A stretch of DNA of 64,000 nt from an uncultured Pseudomonadota bacterium (GTDB lineage Bacteria; Vulcanimicrobiota; Vulcanimicrobiia; Eremiobacterales; Eremiobacteraceae): positions 448,001-512,000 of the forward strand of contig CAVTNB010000001.1 in the NCBI GenBank assembly GCA_963736005.1, in the 5' to 3' direction. The notes beneath the pieces were generated by a model. It was not told where the DNA came from. It searched no databases and was given only the letters and a program-made list of their open reading frames with translations. Each line of letters opens with the position of its first letter. The first letter of the stretch is position 1. Shown one piece after another: positions 20,764-31,795 of the stretch. The position numbers and the translations under genes were made by a program.

Positions 20764-21765
20764 TTAGCGCAGAGTGGCGAGGCTACGACGGGGTGCGCGT
20801 GGGGCATTGACGGCATGGAGCGGAGGCTCGCCGCGCGCATACTTTTCCAAGTTTCGCGCGACCTCGCGCGCTATGCCCTCATACGAAAGGTCCGTCACGC
20901 CTGCGATGTGCGGCGTGACGATGACGTTGTGTCTCAACAGAGAGCTCGTCGGGTCGATCGGCTCGTCGGCAACCACATCCAACCCAGCTCCAGCAAGATG
21001 CCCGGCGGTAAGTGCTGCCTCGAGTGCGGACGTGTCGACGAGACCGCCACGAGCCACATTGATCAGGAATGCACCTCGTTTCATCGCCCGCAACGCACTG
21101 CTGTCGATGAGGTTTCGATTCGAGGCATCCATCGTCGCACACACGATGACAAAATCCGAGTCTGTCAGCGCTGCATGAAGCTGCCCTGAACCGAAGATTT
21201 TCATCCCGACGCCAGCCGGCGCACCCAGGAGCGCCCGAGCTCGGACGCCATGAAGCCTCATGTCGAAGGCCTGCAGTCTCCGTGCGAGAGCCGAACCAAC
21301 ACCCCCTAGACCAATGATGCACGCCGTCTTTCGCGCAAGAGCGCTCCCTGGGGGATCGCCGACGATGCGCTGAGCAAGAGAGCCTTCGAGTTCGGACAGT
21401 CTGCGCGCTAGCGCCAGCATCATTAAAATAGCGTGCTCCGCCACTGACTCGGCGTTGCCGGTTTGTGCGCTGGCGACGCGCGCAACCCACACGCCTCGAT
21501 CGGTGGCCGCCTCAATGTCGACACTTTCTAAACCGACGCCAAACTGCTGGATGAGCCCGAAGGAACCGCGCTCGATGACGGTACGGTTGATCTGGGCCCC
21601 GTACGGTACCACAACGTCAACGCCGGCGAGCGACGACAGCACATCGTCCTTCGCGCACGTCAACAATTCGTGCGCGGGAGCGACGGTGGCCAAGCGGCGC
21701 CGGCTTTCCGAATAGCCCGTCTCGCAAAAAAGAATTCTCAATAGTGCATCACGTTCGACTCTCAC
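20764..21765 (-). CDS. D-isomer-specific 2-hydroxyacid dehydrogenase
   Basis: SVAEHA, IIGLGGVG, INVARGGLVD, GAGLDV..EP, TPHIAG. Confidence 0.92.
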   Translation of the reverse strand: MRVERDALLRILFCETGYSESRRRLATVAPAHELLTCAKDDVLSSLAGVDVVVPYGAQINRTVIERGSFGLIQQFGVGLESVDIEAATDRGVWVARVASAQTGNAESVAEHAILMMLALARRLSELEGSLAQRIVGDPPGSALARKTACIIGLGGVGSALARRLQAFDMRLHGVRARALLGAPAGVGMKIFGSGQLHAALTDSDFVIVCATMDASNRNLIDSSALRAMKRGAFLINVARGGLVDTSALEAALTAGHLAGAGLDVVADEPIDPTSSLLRHNVIVTPHIAGVTDLSYEGIAREVARNLEKYARGEPPLHAVNAPRAPRRSLATLR

Positions 21766-21826
21766 CCGAGCGCGAGCGACCTAAGGGTCGCCGGTTAGAA
21801 GGTCTTGTGCGCGCCGCGCCTCGTGC

Positions 21827-22180
21827 TTACTGAAGAAGTTCCAGTTGAGCAAGCGGGGCCGCGTCGCCTTTGCGAATTCGGGTGCGCACGACTCGCGTGT
21901 ACCCGCCATTGCGGCCAGCCAAACTGGGTGCGATGACATCGAAGAGCTTTTTCACTACGTCATCCGAGTTCAAGTACGCCGCAACGAGGCGCCGGCTGTG
22001 CAAGTCTCCCTTTTTTGCTCGCGTGATCATCCGAGCTGCAGTCCGCGAGACTTCCTTTGCGCGCGTCGCCGTTGTCTCGATCGTGCCGTGGGTAAAGAGC
22101 GCAGTCGTCAGATTGCGCAGCATGGCGCGCCGGTGGTCATCGTTGCGGCCGAGACGTTTATCGGCTTTTCCATGGCGCAT
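21827..22180 (-). CDS. rplQ: 50S ribosomal protein L17
   Basis: MRHGKADKRLGR...GGYTRV...GDAAP. Confidence 0.97.
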   Translation of the reverse strand: MRHGKADKRLGRNDDHRRAMLRNLTTALFTHGTIETTATRAKEVSRTAARMITRAKKGDLHSRRLVAAYLNSDDVVKKLFDVIAPSLAGRNGGYTRVVRTRIRKGDAAPLAQLELLQ

Positions 22181-22184
22181 TGCG

Positions 22185-23120
22185 TTAGGAACCTCGCAGC
22201 GACAGGTTTCGCTCGGCAAGCTTTTCCTTGATCTCATCGACCGACTTCTTGCCAAGGTTGCGCATGTTCATGATCTCGTCTTCGGTCTTCTGCAAGAGCT
22301 CGGAGATCTTCGTGATTCCCGCGCGCTTGAGGCAGTTGTAGGACCGGACGGAGAGGTCGAGTTCGTCAACCGGGATATCCCAGTTCGCGAATGGCTTAGC
22401 CTCTTCCACGGGAGCTTCAACTTCCGTGCGTCCGCTAAAGTTCACGAGCAACGTCAACTGATCCGCGAGGATCTTGGCGGCCGTACTCAGTGCTTCGTCA
22501 GGCGTGATGCTGCCATTCGTCTCGAGCTCGATGATGAGCCGGTCGTAATCCGTCGTCTGGCCGACGCGCGTGTCCTCGATATGATACGAGACTTTGCGGA
22601 TGGGCGAAAAGATCGAATCGACCGGGATCAAGCCGATAATGTGCTCGACGTTGCGTTGCTTCTCCGCGGTCACGTAGCCGCGCCATTTCTCGACGCCGAT
22701 CTCCATGTACAGTCGCGCCTTCTTGTCCGAAAGCGTCGCGATATGATAATTGGGATCCAAGAGCTCGACGTCCGCATCTGGAACGATGTCCTGTGCCGTT
22801 ACTTCGCGCTCGCCAGAAGCTTCGATGCGAAGTACTTTGGGCTCATCGGTCGCCAAGCGCAACGGCAAGCCCTTGAGGTTGAGAATGATATTCGTGACAT
22901 CCTCAACGACGCCAGGGATCGTTGCGAACTCGTGCAGTACACCGTCGATCTTGACATACGTCACGGCTGCGCCTGGGAGCGATGAGAGCAGCATGCGCCG
23001 AAGCGCATTGCCCAAGGTGATGCCGAAGCCGCGCTCGAGCGGCTCGATCACAAAGGTCGCGCTGCTGTCGCGCCGCTCGCGCACTTCAATTGAGGCTCTT
23101 TGAAATTCCAGAACTGACAT
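22185..23120 (-). CDS. rpoA: RNA polymerase alpha subunit
   Basis: [38 protein letters not shown]. Confidence 0.98.
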   Translation of the reverse strand: MSVLEFQRASIEVRERRDSSATFVIEPLERGFGITLGNALRRMLLSSLPGAAVTYVKIDGVLHEFATIPGVVEDVTNIILNLKGLPLRLATDEPKVLRIEASGEREVTAQDIVPDADVELLDPNYHIATLSDKKARLYMEIGVEKWRGYVTAEKQRNVEHIIGLIPVDSIFSPIRKVSYHIEDTRVGQTTDYDRLIIELETNGSITPDEALSTAAKILADQLTLLVNFSGRTEVEAPVEEAKPFANWDIPVDELDLSVRSYNCLKRAGITKISELLQKTEDEIMNMRNLGKKSVDEIKEKLAERNLSLRGS

Positions 23121-23194
23121 ACCTACCCCGTGGGAGGCATTCGGCCACCCTGTTGGATTTGTGGCAGCTTGCGGCTGCCCAAGTTGATGAATCA

Positions 23195-23854
23195 TTAGCG
23201 AGAATAATACTCCACGATTAGCTGTTCTTCGACATTAGTGTCGATATCGGCCCGCGTCGGGGCCTGCAAAACCTTCGCCTTATTGCTTTGTTCGTCGTAC
23301 TCTAGCCAGCTCGGCACGCGCCGACCTTTGGCATATTCCAGCAATGCGGCAAAGAGGTTGGACTTCGCGCTTGTCTCGACGATGGCGATTTCGTCGCCGG
23401 GACGGACTTGCATGGACGGTATGTTCACTCGTTTGCCATTGAGGAAAAAATGCCGATGCCGAACGAGCTGGCGTGCCTGGGCACGAGATGTTGCCAAATT
23501 AAGCCGGTAGATGACGTTGTCAAGGCGCATCTCGAGCAGCGCGAGCAGCGCGGTGCCCGTCTGCCCTTTGCGCGCGGTTGCCTTTTTGAAGTAGTTTTCG
23601 AACTGCTTCTCAAGAACGCCATAAATCCGGCGCATTTTTTGCTTCTCGCGAAGCTGGCGCCCGAACTCCGACACCTTTGGCCGGTTCTTCGTGTTGGCTT
23701 TTTGACCAGGCGCCGCAGTGCGCCGCTCGACCGCGCACTTTTTGGACAAGCAGCGCTCGCCTTTGAGGAAAAGCTTGACCTTCTCGCCAGGCTTTGCACC
23801 GCTCGCGCTTTCGCGGCGGCACATCCGGCAAACGGGTCCAGTGTATCGGGCCAT
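23195..23854 (-). CDS. rpsD: 30S ribosomal protein S4 (Cys-containing type)
   Basis: [36 protein letters not shown]. Confidence 0.97.
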   Translation of the reverse strand: MARYTGPVCRMCRRESASGAKPGEKVKLFLKGERCLSKKCAVERRTAAPGQKANTKNRPKVSEFGRQLREKQKMRRIYGVLEKQFENYFKKATARKGQTGTALLALLEMRLDNVIYRLNLATSRAQARQLVRHRHFFLNGKRVNIPSMQVRPGDEIAIVETSAKSNLFAALLEYAKGRRVPSWLEYDEQSNKAKVLQAPTRADIDTNVEEQLIVEYYSR

Positions 23855-23874
23855 TGTTCTTGTAATTCTCCCCT

Positions 23875-24270
23875 TTAGACGCGGCGCCGCTTGGGCGGCC
23901 GGCAACCGTTATGTGGAATCGGTGTGACATCTTTGATGAGCGTAATTTCAAGGCCAGCCGCCTGCAGCGCTCGGATTGCCGCTTCGCGACCAGCTCCCGG
24001 TCCCTTCACATACACTTCGACTTGCTTCATCCCATGTTCCATGGATTTGCGCGCGGCGCTTTCGGCCGCCATCTGGGCAGCAAACGGCGTCGACTTCTTG
24101 CTTCCCTTGAAGCCCATACCGCCTGCGCTCGCCCAGGCGATGGCGCCGCCGGTCGTGTCGCTGATGGAGACGAGCGTGTTGTTGAAGCTCGAGTGAATGT
24201 GTGCGATGCCTTGCGAGACATGTTTGGCTTCGCGCTTCTTCCGGGATCGAGCTTTCTTTGCTACTGGCAT
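23875..24270 (-). CDS. rpsK: 30S ribosomal protein S11
   Basis: [26 protein letters not shown]. Confidence 0.98.
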   Translation of the reverse strand: MPVAKKARSRKKREAKHVSQGIAHIHSSFNNTLVSISDTTGGAIAWASAGGMGFKGSKKSTPFAAQMAAESAARKSMEHGMKQVEVYVKGPGAGREAAIRALQAAGLEITLIKDVTPIPHNGCRPPKRRRV

Positions 24271-24285
24271 TCTTGATTCCTCAAT

Positions 24286-24365
24286 GGGGCGATTTTCCAA
24301 TCGCCCCCTACTTGGGCGACTTGACAGTCGCCCGCTACACGCGCGAATAAATTCGCGCGACTACA
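24286..24365 (-). repeat. Three tandem GTAG REPs of different families (A 24286-24311, B 24314-24339, C 24340-24365)
   Basis: Minus strand: TGTAGTCGCGCGAATTTATTCGCGCG / TGTAGCGGGCGACTGTCAAGTCGCCC / GTAGGGGGCGATTGGAAAATCGCCCC. Confidence 0.85.
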
Positions 24366-24366
24366 T

Positions 24367-24759
24367 TTACTTACCAATGCCGGGACCCTTGGCTTTCTTG
24401 CGCCCGGCAACTGTCTTCTTTGGCCCCTTGCGGGTGCGCGCATTGGTCTTGGTTCGCTGTCCACGCACCGGCAAGCCGCGGCGGTGCCGCAAGCCGCGAT
24501 AGCAGCCGATGTCCATCAACCGCTTGATCGCGCTCGAGATCTCTCGACGCAGGTCACCCTCGACCTTCAAATTCCTTTCGATCTGCTCGCGTAACTTCTG
24601 GATGTCCTCATCCTTAAGATCCTTCACGCGCGTGTCCGGGTTGACTTTCGTGGCAGCCAACAGCTTGTTTGCCGTAGGCCGTCCAATACCGAAGATGTAC
24701 GTCAGCGCCACTTCCACACGCTTGTCGCGCGGTAGATCGATTCCGGCTATCCGGGCCAT
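24367..24759 (-). CDS. rpsM: 30S ribosomal protein S13
   Basis: [28 protein letters not shown]. Confidence 0.98.
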   Translation of the reverse strand: MARIAGIDLPRDKRVEVALTYIFGIGRPTANKLLAATKVNPDTRVKDLKDEDIQKLREQIERNLKVEGDLRREISSAIKRLMDIGCYRGLRHRRGLPVRGQRTKTNARTRKGPKKTVAGRKKAKGPGIGK

Positions 24760-24773
24760 TCATTTCTCCTTTT

Positions 24774-24799
24774 GGGCGATTTGACAGTCGCCCGTTACA
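24774..24799 (-). repeat. REP family B variant (GTAA head)
   Basis: TGTAACGGGCGACTGTCAAATCGCCC between rpmJ and rpsM. Confidence 0.75.
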
Positions 24800-24913
24800 C
24801 TAACCTTGCGCTTGCTTGTGTTTTGGGTTCTCGCAGATCACTCGCGTGCGGCCAGCACGCTTGATGATCTTGCATTTTGCGCAAATTTTCTTGACACTGG
24901 GTCGAACCTTCAT
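24800..24913 (-). CDS. rpmJ: 50S ribosomal protein L36
   Basis: Manual translation [37 protein letters not shown]; below the ORF-track length cutoff. Confidence 0.97.
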   Translation of the reverse strand: MKVRPSVKKICAKCKIIKRAGRTRVICENPKHKQAQG

Positions 24914-24930
24914 TGTTTGGTTTCGTTTCC

Positions 24931-25227
24931 TTATTTATAGCGATACGTGATCCGGCCTTGCGTGAGGTCGTAAGGCGAGAGCTCCACGAGCACCCGATCG
25001 CCCGGCAGAATCCTGATAAAATTCATCCGAATCTTGCCCGAGACGCGCGCCAGCACCTTATGGCCGTTGCTCAGCTCGACGCGGAAGAAGGCGTTGGGCA
25101 AGGGCTCGACGACGGTCCCCTCGACCTCGATTGCCTCTTCCTTGGTGGACCCTATTTGTTCGACACGATCGGTTTTTTTCTTTTTATCCGACCGCTGCCG
25201 TCCGTTGCGACGTCTGCGTGGCGCCAA
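24931..25227 (-). CDS. infA: Translation initiation factor IF-1 with basic N-terminal extension
   Basis: [24 protein letters not shown]...[11 protein letters not shown] start preceded by AGGAGG. Confidence 0.93.
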   Translation of the reverse strand: MAPRRRRNGRQRSDKKKKTDRVEQIGSTKEEAIEVEGTVVEPLPNAFFRVELSNGHKVLARVSGKIRMNFIRILPGDRVLVELSPYDLTQGRITYRYK

Positions 25228-26029
25228 GCTTGCCTCCTCTCATGTCCTGCGAGTCTGGAATCACGTTGCGCAACGGTTCTTCGTTGGTCAGCGTGAGAAT
25301 CTCAAAGCCGTCGTCTGTGACGGCAACCGTGTGCTCGAAGTGCGCCGAAAGCTTTCCGTCGCCCGTCACCACGGTCCAGCGGTCCTCGAGCGTCTTGACT
25401 CGCCAGGTACCGGCATTCACCATGGGTTCCACCGCAAGAACCATGCCGGGCTTCAACACGACACCCATCCCTGGACGGCCGTAATTGGGCACAGGCGGGT
25501 CCTCGTGCAGGGCCAATCCGATGCCGTGTCCCACAAGGGCACGAACGACCGAATAGCCGCGGCCTTCAACGAACGCTTGCACCGCGTGGCCAATGTCAGA
25601 GACGTGCACGCCAGGCTTCGTATGCTGGATCGCAAGCGTAAGCGCTTCCTGCGTCACGCTGACCAGCCGCTGCGCTTCCTGGCTGACCTGCCCCACGCCA
25701 ACGGTCGCCGCCATGTCGGAAAACCAGCCATCAACGAGCGAACCAATATCGATCTTGAAAAGATCCCCTTCGCGAAGCACGCGTTTGCTCGGGATGCCGT
25801 GGACGATCTCATCGTTGAGCGACGTGCAGATCGAACCTGTGAAGCCGTGATAGCCAAGAAATGCTGGCGTTCCGCCTTGCGCCCGGATCAACTCGTCGGC
25901 ATACGCGTTGACGTCTTGGGTCGTGACCCCTGGGCGAACGGCCGCCTTGAGCTTTTCGAGCACCCGCGCTGTCACGCGTCCACTCCGCCGCATTTTCTCG
26001 ATTTCTCGTGCGCTCTTGCAGGTAATCAT
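25184..26029 (-). CDS. map: Methionine aminopeptidase type I
   Basis: [31 protein letters not shown]. Confidence 0.97.
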   Translation of the reverse strand: MITCKSAREIEKMRRSGRVTARVLEKLKAAVRPGVTTQDVNAYADELIRAQGGTPAFLGYHGFTGSICTSLNDEIVHGIPSKRVLREGDLFKIDIGSLVDGWFSDMAATVGVGQVSQEAQRLVSVTQEALTLAIQHTKPGVHVSDIGHAVQAFVEGRGYSVVRALVGHGIGLALHEDPPVPNYGRPGMGVVLKPGMVLAVEPMVNAGTWRVKTLEDRWTVVTGDGKLSAHFEHTVAVTDDGFEILTLTNEEPLRNVIPDSQDMRGGKLGATQTSQRTAAVG

Positions 26030-26703
26030 GCGGTGTGGCTCACTGGCGCTTCGAGCGCGTTGATGATGCGATGAAACACCGAGTTCACGTCACCGTTGCC
26101 GTCGATTACCTTGAGTACGCCCGCAGCACGATAATATTCGGTCAGCGGTGCCGTCTTGCGCTGGTACTCGTCGAGGCGCTTCAGCACGGTCGCTTCGTCA
26201 TCGTCTGGACGCTGGATCAACGGACCACCACAGCGATCGCACACGCCCGGCAACCGGCTGGGGGCCGATTCCAAATGGTACGTGGTTTGGCAGACGGCAC
26301 AGAGGCGGCGACCGGTCAACCGCCTGACCACCTCGGTCGGCTCCACGGTGATCTCGATAACGGCATCTAGATGAAGGTCATTGCGATGAACCAGCGCATC
26401 GAGCGCGGTGGCTTGCTGCGCGGTCCTTGGGAATCCGTCGAGAATGAAGCCCTTCTGCGCGTCATTGGCTCGCAGGCGTTCTTCGACCAGGCCGATCGTG
26501 ACGTCGTCAGGCACAAGCTTGCCGGCATCCATGTACGTTTTCGCTGCGATCCCCATCGGGGTTCGCTCTCTCACAGCGTTTCGGAAAATCTCGCCCGTAC
26601 CGATCTCAGGTATGCCAAACGCCTGCGAAAGAAGCTGTCCTTGGGTGCCTTTGCCGACGCCCGGGGGACCAAGGAGCACGAGGCGCCATGTTCGTGCGGT
26701 CAT
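26026..26703 (-). CDS. adk: Adenylate kinase (Zn-lid type)
   Basis: GPPGVGKGTQ, LDGFPRT, CAVC...CDRC. Confidence 0.97.
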   Translation of the reverse strand: MTARTWRLVLLGPPGVGKGTQGQLLSQAFGIPEIGTGEIFRNAVRERTPMGIAAKTYMDAGKLVPDDVTIGLVEERLRANDAQKGFILDGFPRTAQQATALDALVHRNDLHLDAVIEITVEPTEVVRRLTGRRLCAVCQTTYHLESAPSRLPGVCDRCGGPLIQRPDDDEATVLKRLDEYQRKTAPLTEYYRAAGVLKVIDGNGDVNSVFHRIINALEAPVSHTA

Positions 26704-27995
26704 TGCTTGATAAACCCTCGATAGTCGCGCATGGCAAGGCGAGCTTCAATCTGCGTCATCGTGTCGAGGGCGACGCCAACGACAATCAGCAGCGACGTGC
26801 TCCCCAGATAGAACGTCGTGATGTGCGTCAGACTCTGGGTCACGTTGGGCAGGATCGCCAAAATACCAAGATAAACTGCCGCCACCGCGGTAATTCGCAC
26901 CAAGATCTTCTGCAAGTAGTCGGTCGTGGGCTTGCCTGGACGGATCCCAGGGATAAAGCCGCCCTGCTTCTTCAGCGATTCCCCGATATCTTGAATCTGC
27001 AACACGACACTGCTATAGAAGAACGTGAACAGCACGACTAAGACAAAGTAGGCGACGTTGTAGAGCACGCTGCCGTAGTTAAAATACAGTGCGATCCACT
27101 GCACGATCGGCTGCATCCAGGGAATGCCTCCCTGCTGAGCCCAGGAAGAAATCTGCTGCGGCAGCAGCAGGATTGAAATTGCAAAGATAATCGAAATGAC
27201 TCCGGCGTTGTTCAGGCGCAGCGGGATGTACGTGCTGCGGCCGCCGTACACTTTGCGGCCAACCACCCGTTTGGCGTATTGAACCGGCACGCGCCGCTGC
27301 CCTTGGTACATGAAGATAATCGAAATAAGCGACAGGACCGCAATCAGCCCAAAGATGACAAGCCCCAAAACGTTGAGGCCACCCTTCTCTCCCAACTGCA
27401 GCGTCTGGCTGAAGTAGGTCGGATATCGCAAGATGATGCCAACGAAGATGATCAAAGAAACTCCATTACCGATTCCTTTGTCGGTAATTTGCTCGCCCAG
27501 CCACATCAACCACACCGTGCCCGCCGTGAGCGTGATCACGACCATGACGAGATAGAACACATCGGTACGCAAGAACACGTGCGCCCGGTTGAGCATGTAG
27601 ACCATGGCGGTGGCCTGCAAGATGGCTAGGATGATCGTCAGCCAGCGCGTATACAACCCGACTATTCGACGGCCTTCCTCGCCGCCATGCTGCATCATCT
27701 CTTTGATATTCGGAAAAACGATGGTCATGAGCTGCATAATAATGCTGGCGTTGATGTACGGCGTGATGCCCATAGCGATCACCGAAAAGTGCTGCAGCGC
27801 GCCGCCTGACAAGAAGCCGATGAAATTCAGAAACTGACCACTCGCCAGAATTCCCTGCCAGGCCGTAATGTCGACGTACGGCACTTGCACGTACACCATG
27901 AGGACGAACACCGCGAACGCACCAAAGATGAACAGCACGCGGTTGCGGATCTCTGGAACCACGAGTGCGTTCGCGAGGTTGCGCCAAATATTCAT
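26700..27995 (-). CDS. secY: Preprotein translocase SecY
   Basis: MGITPYINASIIMQL, GEQITDKGIGNG, FIPGIRPG, SLLIVVGVALD. Confidence 0.98.
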   Translation of the reverse strand: MNIWRNLANALVVPEIRNRVLFIFGAFAVFVLMVYVQVPYVDITAWQGILASGQFLNFIGFLSGGALQHFSVIAMGITPYINASIIMQLMTIVFPNIKEMMQHGGEEGRRIVGLYTRWLTIILAILQATAMVYMLNRAHVFLRTDVFYLVMVVITLTAGTVWLMWLGEQITDKGIGNGVSLIIFVGIILRYPTYFSQTLQLGEKGGLNVLGLVIFGLIAVLSLISIIFMYQGQRRVPVQYAKRVVGRKVYGGRSTYIPLRLNNAGVISIIFAISILLLPQQISSWAQQGGIPWMQPIVQWIALYFNYGSVLYNVAYFVLVVLFTFFYSSVVLQIQDIGESLKKQGGFIPGIRPGKPTTDYLQKILVRITAVAAVYLGILAILPNVTQSLTHITTFYLGSTSLLIVVGVALDTMTQIEARLAMRDYRGFIKQ

Positions 27996-28004
27996 CGAGC
28001 GCGC

Positions 28005-28463
28005 CTACTCCTCAAATGTCGCGCCTGCGGCTTGCAGTTTCGACCGCGCCGCGACGGAAAAACGAACGTTTCGAAAGCGCAATCCTGCGGGGGCTTCGCC
28101 CGTGCCAAGAATCTTCACGCCGTCTTTGCGCTGTGCAACGTAGCCAGCTTGCTCGAGCGACTCCGGTGTAATGAGCACCTTTGCATCCCAATCCGCAAGA
28201 TCTCCAACATTGACGACCGAGAACTCAGTGCGAAAGATCTTTGTCGATCGCGCCTTTTGCGACACGCCGCGACGTTGTGGCAGTCTGCGAAACCACGGGG
28301 TCTGTCCCCCCTCGAAGTTTGGCCCCTTGCCACCGCCCGAGCGCGCCGTTTGTCCCTTGCCGCCCTTGCCTGAGGTTTTCACGAGCCCACTGCCATGCCC
28401 GCGCCCGACGCGGACGCGCTTGCTGGCCGAACCGTGTGCGGGTCTAAGATCCGACAGCTTCAC
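28005..28463 (-). CDS. rplO: 50S ribosomal protein L15
   Basis: [30 protein letters not shown]. Confidence 0.97.
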   Translation of the reverse strand: MKLSDLRPAHGSASKRVRVGRGHGSGLVKTSGKGGKGQTARSGGGKGPNFEGGQTPWFRRLPQRRGVSQKARSTKIFRTEFSVVNVGDLADWDAKVLITPESLEQAGYVAQRKDGVKILGTGEAPAGLRFRNVRFSVAARSKLQAAGATFEE

Positions 28464-28971
28464 CGTTGACCACTCTCCCTAAGATTTCGTCCACCGTTTT
28501 CCCGCGGGAGGCCGCCACGTCTTCGACCGTACGCAGCTGACGCAGCCCCGCGATCGTCGCGGCGATCACGTTAATCGGATTATTCGAGCCAAGTGATTTC
28601 GTCAAGATGTCGTGCACGCCCGCAAGCTCCAGCACCGCGCGCATCGCACCGCCGGCGATCACGCCCGTACCTTTCATCGCCGGCTTCATGAGCACTTTGC
28701 CCGAACCGGCGCGCGAGGTAATCGGATGAGGAATCGTGCGGCCGACCATTGGCACGGTCACAAGCGACCTGCGTGCGTCCTCGACGCCCTTGCGAATGGC
28801 TTCGGGCACTTCGCGAGCTTTTCCAATGCCGTAACCGACGCGTCCTTGGCGATCGCCCACCACAACCAGCGCCGAAAACGAGAACCGCTTGCCGCCCTTG
28901 ACGACTTTCGCAACGCGATTCACGCGTACGACTTGCTCTTCCAGTCCCGAGCCGTCCGTAATGCGCGCCAT
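28444..28971 (-). CDS. rpsE: 30S ribosomal protein S5
   Basis: [23 protein letters not shown]. Confidence 0.97.
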   Translation of the reverse strand: MARITDGSGLEEQVVRVNRVAKVVKGGKRFSFSALVVVGDRQGRVGYGIGKAREVPEAIRKGVEDARRSLVTVPMVGRTIPHPITSRAGSGKVLMKPAMKGTGVIAGGAMRAVLELAGVHDILTKSLGSNNPINVIAATIAGLRQLRTVEDVAASRGKTVDEILGRVVNGEAVGS

Positions 28972-28974
28972 GCG

Positions 28975-29343
28975 CTAGAACTCCAATCCGGCGCCGCGCG
29001 CCGCGTCCGCGAGTGCTTTGATTTTGCCATGATACTTGTAGCCCCCGCGATCGAAGACCACAGCCGTGATGCCTTTGTCACGGGCGCGCTTGGCGATCTC
29101 CTGGCCAACCTTTTCCGCTGCGCCCACGCTTTTCGATGATGGGAGGCCCTGGGAGAGTTCTTTCTCTCGAGTCGAAGCCGCGGCGAGCGTGGTGCCGGTC
29201 GTGTCGTCGATGAGCTGCACGTAGATGTGATGCAGGCTTCGGAAAACCGAAAGACGCGGGCGTCCGGAGTTGCCCGCAATGCGCGTGCGTACGCGCGCAT
29301 GCCGCCTGATTCGTAATTTTTTTCTGCTGAGCGAGCTTGCCAT
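28975..29343 (-). CDS. rplR: 50S ribosomal protein L18
   Basis: [19 protein letters not shown]. Confidence 0.97.
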   Translation of the reverse strand: MASSLSRKKLRIRRHARVRTRIAGNSGRPRLSVFRSLHHIYVQLIDDTTGTTLAAASTREKELSQGLPSSKSVGAAEKVGQEIAKRARDKGITAVVFDRGGYKYHGKIKALADAARGAGLEF

Positions 29344-29351
29344 GGATGTAC

Positions 29352-29909
29352 CTACTTCTTCGCCGCGCCGGCTGTCTTACCGGCCTTGCCGAGTTTGCGT
29401 CGCACGCGCTCCCCTTCGTAGCGAATGCCCTTGCCCTTATATGGTTCAGGTGGGCGGATGCTCCGGATTTGCGCCGCGACCTGACCGACATGTTGCTTGT
29501 CGGCACCGCTAATCTGAATCTTGTTTTGGCCTTCAACTTTGATCTCGATGCCGGTGGGCGGTTCGAACACAACCGGGTGGGCGAATCCCAATTGCAGACC
29601 AAGCTTTTTGCCTTGGAGTTGGGCGCGATAGCCCACGCCCAAAATCTCGAGGTTCTTGCTGAACCCTTTGGTCACGCCTTCTACCATGTTGGCGATGAGG
29701 GTCCGCGTCAGGCCGTGCAGAGCTCGACTGCGCTTGTCGTCGCCCGGCCGAGCGACATTCACTGCAGCACCCTCCACCTGAACCGTAATCGGCTCGACAT
29801 ACACCAGTTTCAATTGCCCCCGCGGACCTTTCACCGCAACCTCGTGGTCGGTGACCGAAACCGTCACGCCACTGGGCACGGCGATGGGCAAGCGCCCTAT
29901 TCTGCTCAT
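29352..29909 (-). CDS. rplF: 50S ribosomal protein L6
   Basis: [20 protein letters not shown]. Confidence 0.97.
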   Translation of the reverse strand: MSRIGRLPIAVPSGVTVSVTDHEVAVKGPRGQLKLVYVEPITVQVEGAAVNVARPGDDKRSRALHGLTRTLIANMVEGVTKGFSKNLEILGVGYRAQLQGKKLGLQLGFAHPVVFEPPTGIEIKVEGQNKIQISGADKQHVGQVAAQIRSIRPPEPYKGKGIRYEGERVRRKLGKAGKTAGAAKK

Positions 29910-29913
29910 GTCC

Positions 29914-30315
29914 TCACCACACAAACGCCACGACTTCGCCGCCACAATGGAGGCGTTTTGCCTGACGCCCGCTCATGATGCCCCTTGACGTCGACATGAT
30001 GACCAGGCCCAGGCCACCCATGCACTTGGGGATGTCGCTCTTGGGCGTGTAGATCCGCAACCCCGGCCGGCTGATGCGCTGCAGGCCGTTAATGACGCGC
30101 TCGCGGTGCTGCCCGTATTTTAGAGTGATGCGGATGAGCTCGCGCGGCTCGCCTTGCACAAACTCGAAGCTCTTAATAAAGCCTTCGTCCTTCAGCACCT
30201 TGGCGATTTCTTTTTTCAGACGCGACGCCGGCACGTCAACCCGCTCGTGGTGAGCAATGTTGGCGTTGCGAATTCGCGCGAGCATGTCCGCGACGGGATC
30301 GGTGATCACTGCCAT
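29914..30315 (-). CDS. rpsH: 30S ribosomal protein S8
   Basis: TDPVADMLARIRNA, RISRPGLRIY. Confidence 0.97.
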   Translation of the reverse strand: MAVITDPVADMLARIRNANIAHHERVDVPASRLKKEIAKVLKDEGFIKSFEFVQGEPRELIRITLKYGQHRERVINGLQRISRPGLRIYTPKSDIPKCMGGLGLVIMSTSRGIMSGRQAKRLHCGGEVVAFVW

Positions 30316-30331
30316 ACGTTTGTTGCTACCT

Positions 30332-30517
30332 CTACCAAGATGCTTTGGTGACGCCCGGGATGTGCCCGCGATGCGCAAGCTCGCGGAAGCAGATCCGACA
30401 CAAACCAAACTTGCGCAGATAGCCGCGTGGGCGTCCGCAGCGCTGGCAGCGGTTGTGCTGCCGCACCGCAAACTTCTGCTTGCGCTTAGCCTTTTCGATC
30501 ATTGCCATCGTTGCCAT
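30332..30517 (-). CDS. rpsZ: 30S ribosomal protein S14, type Z
   Basis: RCQRCGRPR...[10 protein letters not shown]...GVTKASW. Confidence 0.95.
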   Translation of the reverse strand: MATMAMIEKAKRKQKFAVRQHNRCQRCGRPRGYLRKFGLCRICFRELAHRGHIPGVTKASW

Positions 30518-30533
30518 ATCGTTTTGCCTGCGG

Positions 30534-31089
30534 TTATGCCGCAGCACCCTCCTTGCGAAGCGGCATTCCCATCTCACCGAGAAACGCGAGCGCTTGTTCG
30601 TCGCTCTGCGCCGTCGTGACGATGACGATGTCCATGCCACGGACCATATCGATTTTGTCGTAGTTGATTTCGGGAAACACTAATTGTTCGCTGCAGGCCG
30701 AGCGCGTAGTTGCCGCGGCCATCGAGCGAGCTGCGTGACATGCCGCGAAAATCGCGGATGCGCGGGAGTACGATGTTGACCAATTTGTCGAAGAACGCGT
30801 ACATGCGCTCCCCGCGCAACGTCACCTTCGCACCGATCTGCATGCCCGCGCGCAGTTTATAGGTCGCGACTGATTTGGCCGCCCGGGTGACCACCGGTTT
30901 CTGGCCGGTGATGGCCGTGAGGTCGGACACCGCGCCGTCGATCGCCTTTGGATTGGCGACCGCTTCGCCAACGCCCATATTAACCACAATCTTGACCAAG
31001 CGCGGCACCTGCATCATGTTACTCAGGCCGAGGCGCTTGCGCAGGGCGGGGGCGATTGTCTTGAGATAGCGTTCGTTGAGTCTGTTCAT
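30534..31089 (-). CDS. rplE: 50S ribosomal protein L5 (frameshift near 30690)
   Basis: [33 protein letters not shown] in another frame. Confidence 0.93.
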
Positions 31090-31092
31090 CGC

Positions 31093-31424
31093 TTATGCCT
31101 TTACGGGCCGCTCAGCCGGTTCATCGCAGCGGCGGCAGATTCGTTCGCGCGCCCCTGCATTTTGTGAAACGCGAGCTTGGCCGGTTTATTGCATTTGGGG
31201 CAAACATACATCAGCTTGCCAATGGGCATCGGCAGCTCTTTTTCCACGATGCCGGCTTTGGCTTTAGGAGTCGCTTTGCGTGTGGCGCTTGACGACGTTG
31301 ACGCCTTCCACTTCGGCCATGCCGGCGTGCGGGAATCAGTTTGATCTTGCCTCGCTTGCCTTTATCTTTGCCGCCGAGCACAACGACCGTGTCGCCTGCG
31401 GCTAGATCGCAGTTTCGCCGCCAT
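31093..31424 (-). CDS. rplX: 50S ribosomal protein L24 (multiple frameshifts)
   Basis: [18 protein letters not shown]; position between rplN and rplE. Confidence 0.85.
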
Positions 31425-31425
31425 G

Positions 31426-31795
31426 CTACAGCACCTCCGGAGCGAGCGAGATGATCTTCATAAAGTCGCGATCGCGTAAGTTCGCGCGCCACGGGGCCGA
31501 AGATGCGCGTGCCGCGCGGGTTCTTCTGGTCGTTGATGAGCACGGCCGCGTTCTCGTCGAAGCGGATGAACGAGCCGTCCGGCCGGCGCATCTTCTTCTT
31601 CTGGCGCACGATGACGGCTTTCACGACGTTGCCTTTCTTCACGGCGGCGCCGGGAATGGCGCTTTTGACCGTCGCCACGACGACGTCGCCCACGTATGCA
31701 TAGGGATGGCGCGAGCCCCCCTGACGTGGAAGACCATCAGCTCCCTTGCGCCGGAGTTGTCGGCGACCTTGAGCCGCGTCTGGGCGCTGGATCAC
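31426..31795 (-). CDS. rplN: 50S ribosomal protein L14 (frameshifts)
   Basis: [35 protein letters not shown]. Confidence 0.93.

Noticed and set aside
21776..21791. Hairpin GCGACC-TAAG-GGTCGC as a fifth REP family
   Set aside because: Single copy without an intact GTAG head; cannot be supported here.
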